Assembly: GCF_054482525.1 (NCBI RefSeq)
Contig: NZ_CM137006.1
Strand: one strand, 5' to 3'
DNA length: 64,000 nt
Shown: positions 42,937-55,068 of the stretch, piece by piece
Numbering within the stretch: the stretch's first letter is position 1
How the letters are laid out: each line of letters begins with the position of its first letter
Notes under the pieces: generated by a model
What the model was told of the DNA's origin: nothing
Database searches by the model: none
The model's input: the letters and a program-made list of their open reading frames with translations, nothing else
Program-made: the position numbers and the translations under genes

Positions 42937-44369
42937 CCTTTCTTAATCATTGCCGAAATTGCGCCACAGTCATGAAACTTATCAAAACCAGTGGTGCCTT
43001 TGATATATTCAGTAACCAGAGTACCAATAATCTTAACCGTTTCTTTGTTCGTTGTGATAAAGCCCAGTGGCATCGTTACAGGCAATATTTCGGGTTGAGA
43101 AATATGATAGATAACGGCAGATAACTCATCCTCAAGATGAAGGATCTCAACATTACCATCTAACAGCCCCTCAACTAGTCCTTTAGCGTACTCATGGAAT
43201 TGCCCAAGTTCATACTTCCACTGTCTGGCAACCCGAGCATCAGCTGCATCCCGGACAGGTACGTACAGCACCGGTTTATACAGCTGCTTATCCTTCGTAG
43301 CCGACTTGCTAAGAAAATTGCTCAGGCTTGAGATAAATCGAATGCTTTTTGACCAGTAGGGATCTGATGGTGCCACCCAGATGAACGGGCTACCTCCATA
43401 ATCAGTTTTATCTCTGATACGCTGATTGAGCGCTGGTGCCAGAGCTTTCTGCAGCTTTTCCCAGTTGTTTTTAGAATAAACCGGACCTAAAAAAGTCGTT
43501 CTGCCTGAGGACGAGTATTCTTCCAGTGCTTGCATATCTTTGATAAACAACGGATTAAGTCGATTCGTTTTAGAGTCAAACAGCTTAAGCGTAAGGTCAT
43601 CGTTAATGGATTGCATGGCCTTAAAAATACTCATGGTATTGTTATGCCGTGATAACCTGGCTATCTCAACAGCCATTAACTCATGAACACATTCCGAACT
43701 ATTTAACTGTTCATAGTCTTCACGCTCGACAGCCTTACCATCGCTATCCATTTTAAATTCCGTTGTTAAACGGAGTGGTATTTGCCGCAGCTTATTAACA
43801 GAATTAACGGTATAGATAGAAGGTTGTTCTTTTCCGACCTGAACCTGCAGGTGAGACAGGTAACCTTTATCCAGGATTTGATTAAACTGGTATTGAAAGT
43901 GCTTCTCAACCAGTTTCTCACTTTGAGAAATGTTGTTGTCATCAACCTTTAATGTTACCCCTCCCCTCCAGTGGTCCTGAAAAGCCTGGTTGCTGAAGCA
44001 ACTAAATGTGGCTAAATCAAAGGATAAGGTACAGCCACTGTCCTGAATAGTTGAAAGATGCGGTATCTCGCCAACCTCTGAAAAATAGCCATTTGATTTG
44101 TCTGTTAAGGCCAGTCTGCCGTCTGAGGAGAGCGTCAATTCGCCACGCTGCACAAGATCGGAAATCGCCTCCTCTGTCTCACGGTGGGTCAGGCCGAAAT
44201 AGGTTGCTATTTGTGCTTTGCTCATCGAAGCTACATGAACAAGTCTCAGCACAAACTCCCGGATAAATGGCAGCCCCTTCTGGGAAACATAGGAAAACTG
44301 AATGTTAAACCTCTGTGCTGGCAGCAGGAAGTCAACCTCATGATAGGTAACTTTGTTATCAGATATCAT
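42933..44369 (-). CDS. hypothetical protein, downstream partner of the giant NERD-kinase-helicase gene
   Basis: 478-aa ORF whose ATG overlaps the upstream gene's stop (ATGA at 44366..44369); possible winged-helix segment near the N-terminus; no family recognised. Confidence 0.6.
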
Positions 44370-47300
44370 TTCTTTTTGCCTCCCTGCTGAGCAGAGAGGA
44401 ACCTGTATCCAGCTTCCTGACCTCGCTCAGCCATATAACTTACAACGTAGCCTAATGGCAATTCTTTATTGTTTCCCTTCCAGATATCGGCATTACCCAC
44501 AATCAACAGTCGATCCATTGCGCGTGACATCGCGACATTTATACGGTTTGGAACGCGTAAGAAACCTGGGCTATGCTGCTTATCCGAACGCGTCAGTGAC
44601 AGGATAATGATCCGATTTTCCTTTCCCTGATAACTGTCAACAGTGTCAATTTTAACAATGTCCTTAAATCCCTCGCTCCAGATTTCCTGATTGAATTTCT
44701 GACGGAGTAACCGCTTTTGTTCGGCATACATACATATCACGCCGATAGCGGCTTCATCTTTGCTAACAAGTTTTGAAAGCTTAGCGACAAATTCTTCATT
44801 CTCTGACACCTGTTTAAGAACAGAAATAATCTCGTCAGCTTCACATCGGTTGTAAATGCTTGTTCCGCGATCTTCAAGATGATGTGCTCGGTGGCCCTGA
44901 TTAGCAGTATCAAGCCAGGTTACAACGCTACGTAACGCTTCCGGAGCTTGCTGATAGACATCCGGAATTGCCCGTACTCCATTCAGAAGCTTCCCGTCAT
45001 AAAACGTCTTCGATACGAGATTACCAATCGGTGGAGCCATACGATACTGGGTCATCAAAGCTGCACTCGTCTGCGCACCATAAGCAGAGTTGAAGGCTCG
45101 GGCAAAGTCACTTCGTAATACCTCGTCAATTTCAGTGCGGGAGTTATTGATACCCAGCTTCCTCGCTAATGCCGCCTTGTGGGCATCTGAGTACAATGGA
45201 GGAAGCTGCATGTGGTCACCCACCAACAGGACACGCCGGGCTGACTGCATTGCAATGGCCAGCTCACTTGAAATCGAGCGCGCCGCCTCATCAATAATCA
45301 CCCAGTCATAGATATTCTCCTGAATGCCAATGTGCCCTTGTCCAATACCAACGCATGTGCCAGCCACTAACTGCCTGGAGCGCGAATAAAACTCGTCCAG
45401 GTTCACTCGCTCTCCCGACATAGCATCCTGCATATCACGGGATATTTTAGCTAATGCTTTTACTCGTCTTGCCTCATCAGGTCTGACACCATACTCTGTA
45501 CATAGCTTGGAAATCAGAATGTCTTTTGCTGCTGAGACCTTCACGCCATTGTCCAAGTTAATCCCATACTCCTGACTCAGCTTAGAGCGGATGGAAAAAT
45601 CGAGTTCGACTGCAATATCTTTCAGTTCATTGCTCTCATTTGAATCCGTTAAATTGTTAACCTGATAGAGCAATTTCTCAAGGTGATCGATTTGTCTGAA
45701 CAAATTGAGCTCTGCAAGAACAACACCCGAAATAAATCCCGGCTCAAGACCAATAGCTTCACTCAATGCTTCAACACGGTACTTAATTTCAGCATTGAAG
45801 AGTTCGCGCTTCTCTGTTGTGATTGCGTGTGAGTACACATCTTTTAAGCCAGGGGAAACGGCTCCCTCTCGGTTGCTGAACCTGACAACGTCCAACTCTG
45901 TACCAAGCCGGGAACAATGCTTTCTGATACGCTCGGCCGCTGTATTCACAGCCTCGTGTGACTGGCTGACCAGTAAAATGCGTTTGGTATTCTGTTTCTC
46001 GATCAGGTAGTGAACAAAGGCCGCGATGAACTCGGTTTTACCGGTCCCCGGTGGCCCCTGAAGCAGGGAGAGAGGGCCATTATTGACCAGTTTGTTAAAC
46101 GCCTTTCTTTGCTGTTCATTCAGACTGATCTTGTTTCCGTGCTGATCTTCACGGTCGTATCTGGCAAAATCGGTATCGCTGAGAGTGATACCATAATTTT
46201 GAGCCGCCTGTTTGCAGGATGGATCGAACAAGTCAATTAAGTCAGGCAGCACACTTTCTCGATCTAGGAGACGTTCCAGTGCGCGTTTACGTTTCTGATA
46301 AGATGCACGAGTCGGCCTTGTACGGAAGAAGACAATATCAGAATCCTTCAGCTTGAAGGCTGCTGAACTAACTTTGACAAGACGAATCTCTTTGAGCTCT
46401 GACTTCTTAAGTGACACTTCACCAATAAATCGCTCAACACCTTCCTGATCGACCTGTAAGGCTTCGACTTCATCACTACTTCTGAAAGCACCGAGTGGAT
46501 CAACATCAGCAGAGTAAGGGAGAAGAAGCTCTCCATGAGCATCTGCAACCGGGACCACTTCACCGCTGATTTCAATGTTTGGATAAGATTCTGTTTCAGT
46601 ATCCAGAATGGCGCGCCACAGTTTCACTGTTGGGATTTCCAGCACTTCTCTTAAAGAAGGTTCAAGCGTCTGCTTATCAAGCCTTGCAAAGGTATCTTTT
46701 AGCTGAAGCGTAAGTGGCTCTTGTACCTGAACATCTTCAGTTGCGGCAATCAACTCGATTGCCCGCGCAAAAGATTCTTCTTCATTAAGCAATACTGTCA
46801 ACGCCGACAGATCCTGCGGACTGCCGGGAATAATCTTGATGCCAGTATCAATTTCGAACTGGCTTTCATCAATATCTTGCTTACGAATTGTGACGCGAGC
46901 CCGTGGCCTGAAGCCATGAACCAGCGTCTTCTGATCTTTGTTGAACACCGCAGTAAAACTGCCACCAATCCCAGAGAAAGTCACATTTACTTCAGCTGGC
47001 GCTTTAGGATTTGACTTAACTTTGACATACAGATGCCCGTTATCAGGCAGAATAGAGATTATTTCATCGGCATTTCCTGCAGTAATCTCTATCAGGTCTT
47101 GTTCTGGCACCAGGTCATTACTATCTATCGCTTTTTTAAAGCGGCCTAAATCCTTAAACCCAAAAACCGGATCTTCCAGCTCTGCTCGGATAGCATTCGC
47201 GATTGTCGGATAAATGTCTGATTCCAGCCCCCATGACATGCCTAGCAACTCGCAGGACATCTTCATCACTGCATAGTTGTCACGTTCAAAAGAAGTACAA

Positions 47301-47682
47301 TTATCAATGTATTCAGGGCTGTAACTGTGATTTTTAGGTTCGTCACCGGACGGTGAAAAATCGGGGATATCGATGAGAAAAAGCAAACGGCTCTGTGTCT
47401 CAAATATCACATTGCCAGGGTGGATGTCCCCGTGAGAAACACCCAGACCATGTAAGTGCTCAACGGCGGCGACAAACTTACCAATGAGGTCGATTTTTTC
47501 ATCATCGGGGACCGCTATTTTATCCCAGGTTTCTCCCTGTACCTGATCCGTGACCATATATAGGCTTGATGATTTTGATGCGATACCGAATTCACGAATT
47601 TGAGGTAGATACGTTGTTTTAACTGAAGAAAGCCGCTCAACCTGCTTTAAAAACTTCAGAACCTGGAAATTAATTGACGGAT
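44366..47682 (-). pseudogene. 3' part of the IS629-disrupted giant gene: second kinase-like domain and Upf1-like SF1 helicase
   Basis: Kinase catalytic-loop-like HGDIHPGNVIF and DFG-like IDIPDF; helicase Walker A GPPGTGKT, motif II IIDEAAR, Upf1-type VGDHMQLPP and motif VI VAMSRAMDRLLIVGN. The frame is open all the way up to the IS629 left end at 47682. Confidence 0.7.
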
Positions 47683-48992
47683 TGAACCGCCCCGGGAATC
47701 CTGGAGACTAAACTCCCTGAGAAAGAGGTAAACAGGATGACTAAAAATACTCGTTTTTCCCCCGAAGTCCGTCAGAGGGCGATTCGTATGGTTCTGGAAA
47801 GTCAGGGCGAATATGACTCACAGTGGGCGGCAATTTGTTCCATTGCCCCAAAGATTGGCTGTACACCGGAGACTCTGCGTGTCTGGGTACGCCAGCATGA
47901 GCGGGATACCGGAGGCGGTGATGGCGGGCTCACCACCGCTGAACGTCAGCGTCTGAAAGAGCTGGAACGTGAAAATCGTGAACTGCGCCGCAGTAACGAT
48001 ATCCTTCGCCAGGCTTCCGCTTATTTTGCGAAGGCGGAGTTCGACCGCCTCTGGAAAAAATGATGCCACTGCTGGATAAGCTGCGTGAGCAGTACGGGGT
48101 CGGACCGCTATGCAGCGAACTGCATATTGCCCCGTCAACGTATTACCACTGTCAGCAACAGCGACATCATCCGGATAAACGCAGTGCCCGTGCGCAGCGC
48201 GATGACTGGCTGAAGAAAGAGATACAGCGCGTATACGATGAAAATCATCAGGTGTACGGTGTGCGTAAAGTCTGGCGTCAGTTGTTACGGGAAGGTATCA
48301 GAGTGGCCAGATGCACTGTGGCACGTCTCATGGCGGTTATGGGACTTGCCGGTGTTCTCCGGGGTAAAAAGGTCCGTACGACCATCAGCCGGAAAGCCGT
48401 TGCCGCAGGCGACCGCGTAAACCGTCAGTTCGTGGCAGAACGACCTGACCAGCTGTGGGTGGCTGATTTTACTTACGTCAGCACATGGCGGGGCTTCGTC
48501 TATGTGGCGTTCATCATTGATGTGTTTGCCGGATACATCGTGGGGTGGCGGGTCTCATCGTCTATGGAAACGACATTCGTGCTGGATGCTCTGGAGCAGG
48601 CGTTATGGGCCCGTCAACCGTCCGGCACAGTCCATCACAGTGATAAAGGTTCTCAGTATGTATCGCTGGCCTACACACAGCGGCTTAAGGAAGCCGGATT
48701 ACTGGCATCAACAGGAAGTACTGGTGACTCGTATGACAACGCGATGGCGGAGAGCATCAATGGCCTTTACAAAGCGGAGGTAATACACCGTAAGAGCTGG
48801 AAAAACCGGACAGAAGTGGAGCTGGCCACACTCACGTGGGTGGACTGGTATAACAATCGACGATTGCTGGAAAGGCTGGGCCATATCCCACCGGCAGAAG
48901 CAGAAAAAGCTTATTATGCTTCCATCGGAAACGATGATCTGGCAGCCTGAGTTCACAGATAAAACACTCTCCAGGAAACCCGGGGCGGTTCA
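47683..48992 (+). mobile_element. IS629 (IS3 family), complete, with OrfA 47737..48063 and OrfB 48060..48950
   Basis: 1310 bp; terminal inverted repeats TGAACCGCCCCGGGAATCCTGGAGA and TCTCCAGGAAACCCGGGGCGGTTCA; OrfA and OrfB match my recollection of IS629; flanked by a 3-bp direct repeat GAT (47680..47682 and 48993..48995). Confidence 0.9.
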
Positions 48993-50649
48993 GATCGTAT
49001 CCCTGTCCCCCAACATTCAGCCAAGCCTTCACGAGCCTTCCTTTCGAGATATAGACTTCTTTGTCGACTGTTTCGACCTGAAACTGAAAGCCATCGTCTT
49101 CCGGGTATTGACGAGCGTGATTGATAGCATGTCGGTAAGGGTCAAGCTCAGTATCATCAAATGTTGGAATATCCTTGCCAGCAGGTTCGGCTTGTTTCAG
49201 GGCATCAAAGAATTCTGTTGCAGAAGTGAATTTTGCGGCAACGGCATCCCGTAATACAGATGAATACCAGTGCTGGCTGTTTAGCATGTTGTCCTGTACT
49301 TTCTCCAGACTCTTTGGCGACATGCGCATACCGCTAAATAAGTGCCAGGCGACAAGGCCCAGAGTATGAACATCTTGCTGAAAAGGCGTAAGCTCGCCCT
49401 TATCAAGCATGTCTTTTACGTGGACTGCACCTACGGATAAAAGCTTACGGTAATCGCCAACCGTTCCGGCTGGCTGGTGGTAAGCCGAAATAAAGTTCGA
49501 AAGAGCAACTTCTTTTGAAGGTGAAATCCACAGACTGTGATCGGCGACATCCCTGTGCGCAATTTTCATCTCATGGAGATCACTAAACTTTGCAATGAGC
49601 AGTTTCACCACATTCAAGCGGTCCATATCAGAAAAGTTCTTACCATATTTTCCGATAAACTCATTAAACCGGACATGACCCGGCGGAACTTCGTAGACTT
49701 CGCTATACTCGGCCGTCACCTCGTCTTTCTGAAAACTCGTCAAAGACCTGAGACAGTGGTTATACAGGTCACGATTCTGGTGATTGATGTGCTGTAACAC
49801 TTCGCGCTCACGTGAAACAATCTGAGCTCGTCCTTCCGGGGTATTCGCTTTCGTTCCCGTTATATTTCTAAAATTCCATACTCTGAGTAGCGCTTCGCTG
49901 TTCGTTGATATCTCAGATTTTGCCAGATATTCTCGATACACCTTTTTAGGATGTTCGAAAATCATATCATTAGCTTCATAGCCATTAACTCTCAAGGCTT
50001 TTGGTGCCGTCTGAGGCCCTAGGAACAAATCATCGAAAAGATGGAAATCCTTGTTAAGAACCTTGGTAGCTGGGTGCGGTTTGAAATAGTTATTGAAGCT
50101 CCCGCGATCGGCAAACTTCAGGAAATCTTTTAACGAGATCGTATGGCGCCGTTGTTCCTCCGGCAGCGCGCTGAAATCTGCATTGCCGGTCATCACAACA
50201 AAAAAATGAACAATCGGGATATAGCCTTTGTTCGTAAAACGGTCTACCAGACGCTTGAGTTTTTTGTCCAGCATGAATTTTTTGCTACGAGTCACGCTTA
50301 CTGGCGAGCGCCCCATGTTCTTATCACCTTTAAACCAAGTATCTCCGCGTGCGGTTACAGGCTGATGGTTCCAGTCTTTCAGTTCAACAATGATCACGTT
50401 GCAGTGTGTTACAATAACTAAATCGAATTCCCCCTCTTTTTTTGCCTCAACAAATCGAAAACCTGCATAACCTTTCCAAGGGAACATTTCATTGCCGATA
50501 AAACCATAGCTTTTTAGCTGCTCACTAATTGAACCGCTACGGAAAGGCTTGTCAGGCTTAGATACGTTGACTGAAAAAGCAGCTTTTATTTTCTCGATAG
50601 CCAATACTTCCTGTTCTTGTAAGCCACCATCCCACATTTCTACTTCCAA
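48993..50649 (-). pseudogene. 5' part of the IS629-disrupted giant gene: NERD nuclease-like domain and first protein-kinase-like domain
   Basis: NERD-type motif FDLVIVTHCNVIIVELKDW; kinase catalytic loop IAHRDVADHSLWI. The last ~50 residues of track ORF 48832..50649 are read-through into the IS629 right end. Confidence 0.7.
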
Positions 50650-51311
50650 CGGTGTTCTCCTTAAATTTCAGTAAAAATAAGGTCATTTATTCTGGTCAAT
50701 ATGGCAGGTTTCGATGTTTATAGTTCTGAATACTATGGTGTTTTACACGTTCATTCTGGTTATTATACGTAGAAAAGAATTTATCGGGCAACGCCGAGAT
50801 GACGCGGCCCCGTTAAACCGTGTAGTGGTAGATGATGAGATCAGATACAGGGATCAACTGACGGTGAGCGCAGTCCCCACATTTTATCCGGAGTTTACCG
50901 CTATTCCCGGCTGCCATTCGTTAGCACAGGCCCGCAAGTACCCTGATTTGCCGCTGGTTTTGCTTTCCCATCGAAGGGCCCATACATCATCACGCCCGCG
51001 AAACAGTCGACAAAATAACGCAACTTTCTCATCCGTGGATAATACGGAAACGCACTGCACAGGACTCTGCGGTTTACGTCACCATTCAATCCCATAAGCT
51101 TCAAGTTATGTTTGCCCTCAGTGCAGCTAATTCATCACTGTCAGATTTATGAACCATATTCGTTACCTGTATCCGATCCACTGAGGCACCACGGCAGAAA
51201 TTCGGGTCCCCTACACTGATGACAAAGCGCCCCGCCCTCTTCTGCCTATTAACTCAAGCACCTCCCAACAACTTACAGAAACTTAATTCTAATACCTAAT
51301 ACAACTGTAAT

Positions 51312-51875
51312 TCAGTTATGTCGTGGTCGGCCCCGGTTGCTTTTTTCGGGAAGCCTGCTACGGCCCAGAATAATACCGTGTTCTTTCTGATCCTGTTTAG
51401 CCAGGTAGCTAAGGGCGTAACGTAAACCGTCTACCGCAGACTTATCACTATAGTGAATCACGTGATCGATACGCACCGGGTATTTGTCTTTAGTACTGCA
51501 CAGGTGAAAATAACCCTCCCCTTCCGTGATCCGACTCCAGATATCTCCCAGTTGCCTGGATATCCGATAAAATTTCTTGTGACGTTGCCCATCCAAGTAG
51601 CCGATAAAATGAATATGAAGTCCCTTGTTTGACGTATATTCCATTACCCAGTAATATCCCGCCAGCATCGTTTGGGTTTCACTAAGTAAGCGGTGCATTT
51701 CAATACACATACTGTGCCTACAGGAATGACCAAAACTGGGCGTGTCTTTCCTGTAGGCAAAATCAATTCTGAAAGGTAACAGTTTAGAAAAACGTTGAAA
51801 CAGACCTTCCATGTGTTCATTCACGTCTTTCAGAATCATGAAGTCCATTTCGTAATTGGGATTAGCATTATACAT
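51312..51875 (-). CDS. YagK/YfjJ-family protein (P4/CP4-57-like integrative-element backbone)
   Basis: 187-aa ORF resembling YfjJ/YagK-type proteins; positioned after the DUF3987 gene as in CP4-57. Confidence 0.55.
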   Translation of the reverse strand: MYNANPNYEMDFMILKDVNEHMEGLFQRFSKLLPFRIDFAYRKDTPSFGHSCRHSMCIEMHRLLSETQTMLAGYYWVMEYTSNKGLHIHFIGYLDGQRHKKFYRISRQLGDIWSRITEGEGYFHLCSTKDKYPVRIDHVIHYSDKSAVDGLRYALSYLAKQDQKEHGIILGRSRLPEKSNRGRPRHN

Positions 51876-52695
51876 TTTATAGTCCTTACTTTATAAAAGT
51901 TACAGGAAGGTGGAATTACATAAATACTGAGAGTACAGAAACGCCGTACCGCGGCATTAATAAACGAGGTAACCAGCAGCACAGACAACCTGATAAAACT
52001 GTTTCGTATTACCTCATTACTCCAAAGAGGTAATATTTCAGAGTACAGTAAGACTCACTTAAACTGAGGACCAGTACGAATTACAATGGTAAAAACACAC
52101 CTCATAGAATTGAGTTTAAGGAAGTACCATTCAATCACTTACAGGAAGTAATCTGACATTCACAAAAGCCAGTATCGGGTAGCCACAGGCAACACCGCTA
52201 TTAATACTTCTGTACCATTAAGTAAAAACAGCGACCCAGCTTAAGGCCTCTACAGATATTTAACTTCACCATAAAAATGATGGTATACAGACCATACCCC
52301 ACACACCATAAGAATATTATTTCATACAGGAAAGATTATATTTTTTCATACCTATAAACTGTAACAGAGCCATAACATACTCTAATAGTGTTCCGGTACG
52401 TAACCAGTGTTAAGTGCGTACAAGACAACATAACAGATCACATAACTTCCACTAATAATACTAATTAACCTAAATTATTTATTGAACACGAAAACAATGA
52501 AGGCCCCACCTCACCTCAGACTAAAGCCGACAATATCCTGAGCAACACTCTATCCAATAGTAAATAGTGGTTACACCAGTTATATTTACTGACTGACCTG
52601 TACCAGAGTTTTCTAATACAACGCTGACATGGTAAAGACATTAGTCTCCTCCGCAAGTAGCAGAGGAGACTATATGTACTCAACGATTAAGTCGT

Positions 52696-54147
52696 TCAGA
52701 GGTCAAAGTTAGGTGCGACACACAACGTTTTTCCCTCAATAACCGGTACAACTCTGTTTTGTTCATACAGTAAATCCAGTAACCAGTTGATTTTATCCTT
52801 TTTCCGGAAACGGTTCGGACCACGCTGTAAAATGTCATTTTTTTTCATACAGAGGATCCCCTTCTCAATACAATAGCTTTTTATCCAGTTGAAAAGTTCA
52901 AGCTCCTCTGGAATGAGTCGCACAGGTACGGTCAGGGCAGAGTTGTCAAAAGTTAACGGATTAGACAACCGCACATACTCATTACCGTACCATATTGCTA
53001 ATTCTCTCGCCATTTCTGCAGTGTAAGGGGAAATCTCCCCCTCTTCACCGCTCGAATGGTAAATAAGTCCTGCCAATCTTGCCATATACTCTGCATTTTT
53101 AGCAGCATATTCCCGGCAATGTCTTAAAGGCCCCAATCCCCCCAGCTTCGATTCCACATCATTGTAATAATCCGTCCAGATTCTGGCAGCCTGAGGAGAA
53201 AAGTGAAGGCAACGTCGTTCACCACTCATCGCCAGACTTTCATCAATAAGCTCATTGATCCTCTCTTCAAACAAATCCTGATACTGTGATGAATAATTAT
53301 CTCCGGTTATTATCCTTGTCCCCTGCGTTGATGTTGGTTGACACATCAAAAACCTTGCATGATGTCCTGACGTTTTCACAATTTCTTTTTTTCGCGTACA
53401 AAAACCTTTGTGGTAAACATCAGGCTGAATCATCACCGATATCGTCAGTCTTGGCTCCTTCAAATTAATTCCGGGAGATGATTTCCTGTCGATGAAAAGA
53501 GAACCTCCATCCCACAAAGTGTTAATAATTCCCAGTTTACTCATGGCCCGGCTGTCAAAAATTACCCCCCCTTCACTGGATACAAGAGCAAAAGAGCGAT
53601 TGCTATCGGAGTAATATTTTAACATTCCCTCTATCGTTGTCTCATTAAAAATTGTTCGACGTATCTGCGGCGGAACAGGAGGTTTATTCAGATGCGTTTC
53701 AAGCTCTGATTCTGTTGCCTTGTAATCTTTACCGGCACGAATCTCTTTATGAAATTTTGATTCCAGCGCTTTTTGTTTTTGCTCCCATATTTCCTTTTCT
53801 GTACTGTAATTCTCAACCAGTTTCGCGTATTCTTCCGCCAGGGCTTCATCCCTGAGATAAAATGCTTTCATAAACACTTTATCCACGGTCGTTTTCCTTT
53901 CACCGGAATCAGCCAGAATCAGAGAGTAAAGATTAACAGGCCCATGTAAATTTCCAGGTCTGCATACGTCAATCTGATTCTGACAGGCAATTGAGATCGC
54001 TGTTAATGCGGATGTTGCCACCATAGCCAAAGGTGCCTGTGTATTTTTTTGAGTTTCAATTATTGCATTTCTCACCAGCGGTGGTAGTGCATATATCGGA
54101 TAAGGATTTTCTGGTGCAAGTAAGCACATAAAAGCCTCTCTTTTCAT
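52696..54147 (-). CDS. DUF3987-domain protein (YfjI-like; primase-associated replication module of P4/PICI-like elements)
   Basis: 483-aa ORF between the alpA-like and YfjJ-like genes; start may be the internal MCLLAPENP. Confidence 0.55.
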   Translation of the reverse strand: MKREAFMCLLAPENPYPIYALPPLVRNAIIETQKNTQAPLAMVATSALTAISIACQNQIDVCRPGNLHGPVNLYSLILADSGERKTTVDKVFMKAFYLRDEALAEEYAKLVENYSTEKEIWEQKQKALESKFHKEIRAGKDYKATESELETHLNKPPVPPQIRRTIFNETTIEGMLKYYSDSNRSFALVSSEGGVIFDSRAMSKLGIINTLWDGGSLFIDRKSSPGINLKEPRLTISVMIQPDVYHKGFCTRKKEIVKTSGHHARFLMCQPTSTQGTRIITGDNYSSQYQDLFEERINELIDESLAMSGERRCLHFSPQAARIWTDYYNDVESKLGGLGPLRHCREYAAKNAEYMARLAGLIYHSSGEEGEISPYTAEMARELAIWYGNEYVRLSNPLTFDNSALTVPVRLIPEELELFNWIKSYCIEKGILCMKKNDILQRGPNRFRKKDKINWLLDLLYEQNRVVPVIEGKTLCVAPNFDL

Positions 54148-54387
54148 TAATGGGTTAGTAAAATAGCAGCAAATCCCGCTACAATAGCGAAAATAGCTGC
54201 TATTCAGACCTGATGCTCTGAGAAATACAGAGCATTTGTAGATCTGATGTTTAATAAACCGATAAGGTTAATTCAGTGAAGACTGTATTATTCACCACGA
54301 AATATCATTCATATTTCTCATTCTTAATACCTCCAGAAATTATTTCACTAATACCTTTCCCCCGGTCTTTTCCCTTTCTCCAGAACC

Positions 54388-54670
54388 ATAGTGTAAATAT
54401 TAACGGCCCCACGTAAATTTCCGGGACTGCATACGTCAACCTGATTCTGACAGGCAATTGACATCGCTGTTAATACTGACATTGCAACCAGAGTCAGAGG
54501 TACTTGTTTATTGTATTGAACTTTAATTATTGCATTCCCTATCATTGATGGTCATGCATATACTGAATACGGCATATCCGGTTTGATGTAAGGCATAAAT
54601 GCTTCCTTTTTCGTAATACGTTTCGGTTATAGCAGCAATTACCGCTACAATAGCGACAATAGCTGCTCTT
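54388..54670. repeat. diverged tandem duplicate of the DUF3987 gene start and its upstream region (copy of 53921..54200)
   Basis: About 280 bp at roughly 80% identity to 53921..54200, including the ...GCTACAATAGCG(A/C)AATAGCTGC upstream motif; the 65-aa ORF 54348..54545 (LTLVAMSVLTAMSIACQNQVDVCSPGNLRGAVNIY) duplicates the DUF3987 N-terminus. Confidence 0.65.
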
Positions 54671-54771
54671 TCAACAATGAATGCTGGAAATTCTGTTTAT
54701 CAATTAAACTTCTGGCTAAATTGTTCTTATGCTTCTTTTTCCTCCTGAGGTGATCACGTGATGACAAAAAC

Positions 54772-55068
54772 TTATCTGCTCATGGTCATATCTGAAGAAA
54801 GCGTATGTCTCACTTCGTCATTAACACCTTTGACTGCTGATCTGGCAGGTACAGTATGTAAAGTAAGCCATTCGTCAATAGCTGATGAACGCCAGCCCAC
54901 AGAACCACTACCAAGACGTACCGGCCTGGGGAAGGTTGCATCGTAGTATTTCGATAACGGATTCATTTTTTCGTAAATTGTCGAACGAGATATACCTAAC
55001 AATTGGCTCAGTTCAGGCATCCGTAAGATGCGTGAAGGAGTCCTGCAGTGTCCGGATTGATCTGGCAT
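54772..55068 (-). CDS. alpA: AlpA-family phage/island transcriptional regulator
   Basis: HTH motif RILRMPELSQLLGISRSTIYEKM and ...FPRPVRLGSGSVGWRSSAIDEWL; start placed at MPDQ (55068) rather than the track's 55152. Confidence 0.7.
   Translation of the reverse strand: MPDQSGHCRTPSRILRMPELSQLLGISRSTIYEKMNPLSKYYDATFPRPVRLGSGSVGWRSSAIDEWLTLHTVPARSAVKGVNDEVRHTLSSDMTMSR

Noticed and set aside
48832..48992. C-terminal ~50 residues of track ORF 48832..50649
   Set aside because: Read-through into the IS629 right inverted repeat; the native frame continues on the far side of the IS.
50714..51104. 127-aa plus-strand and 67-aa minus-strand ORFs upstream of the giant gene
   Set aside because: No motif or RBS; more likely promoter/leader region of the cargo operon.
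52640..52672. Inverted repeat as terminator of the DUF3987 gene
   Set aside because: Good 9-bp stem but no adjacent T-run on either strand; left as an unassigned inverted repeat.
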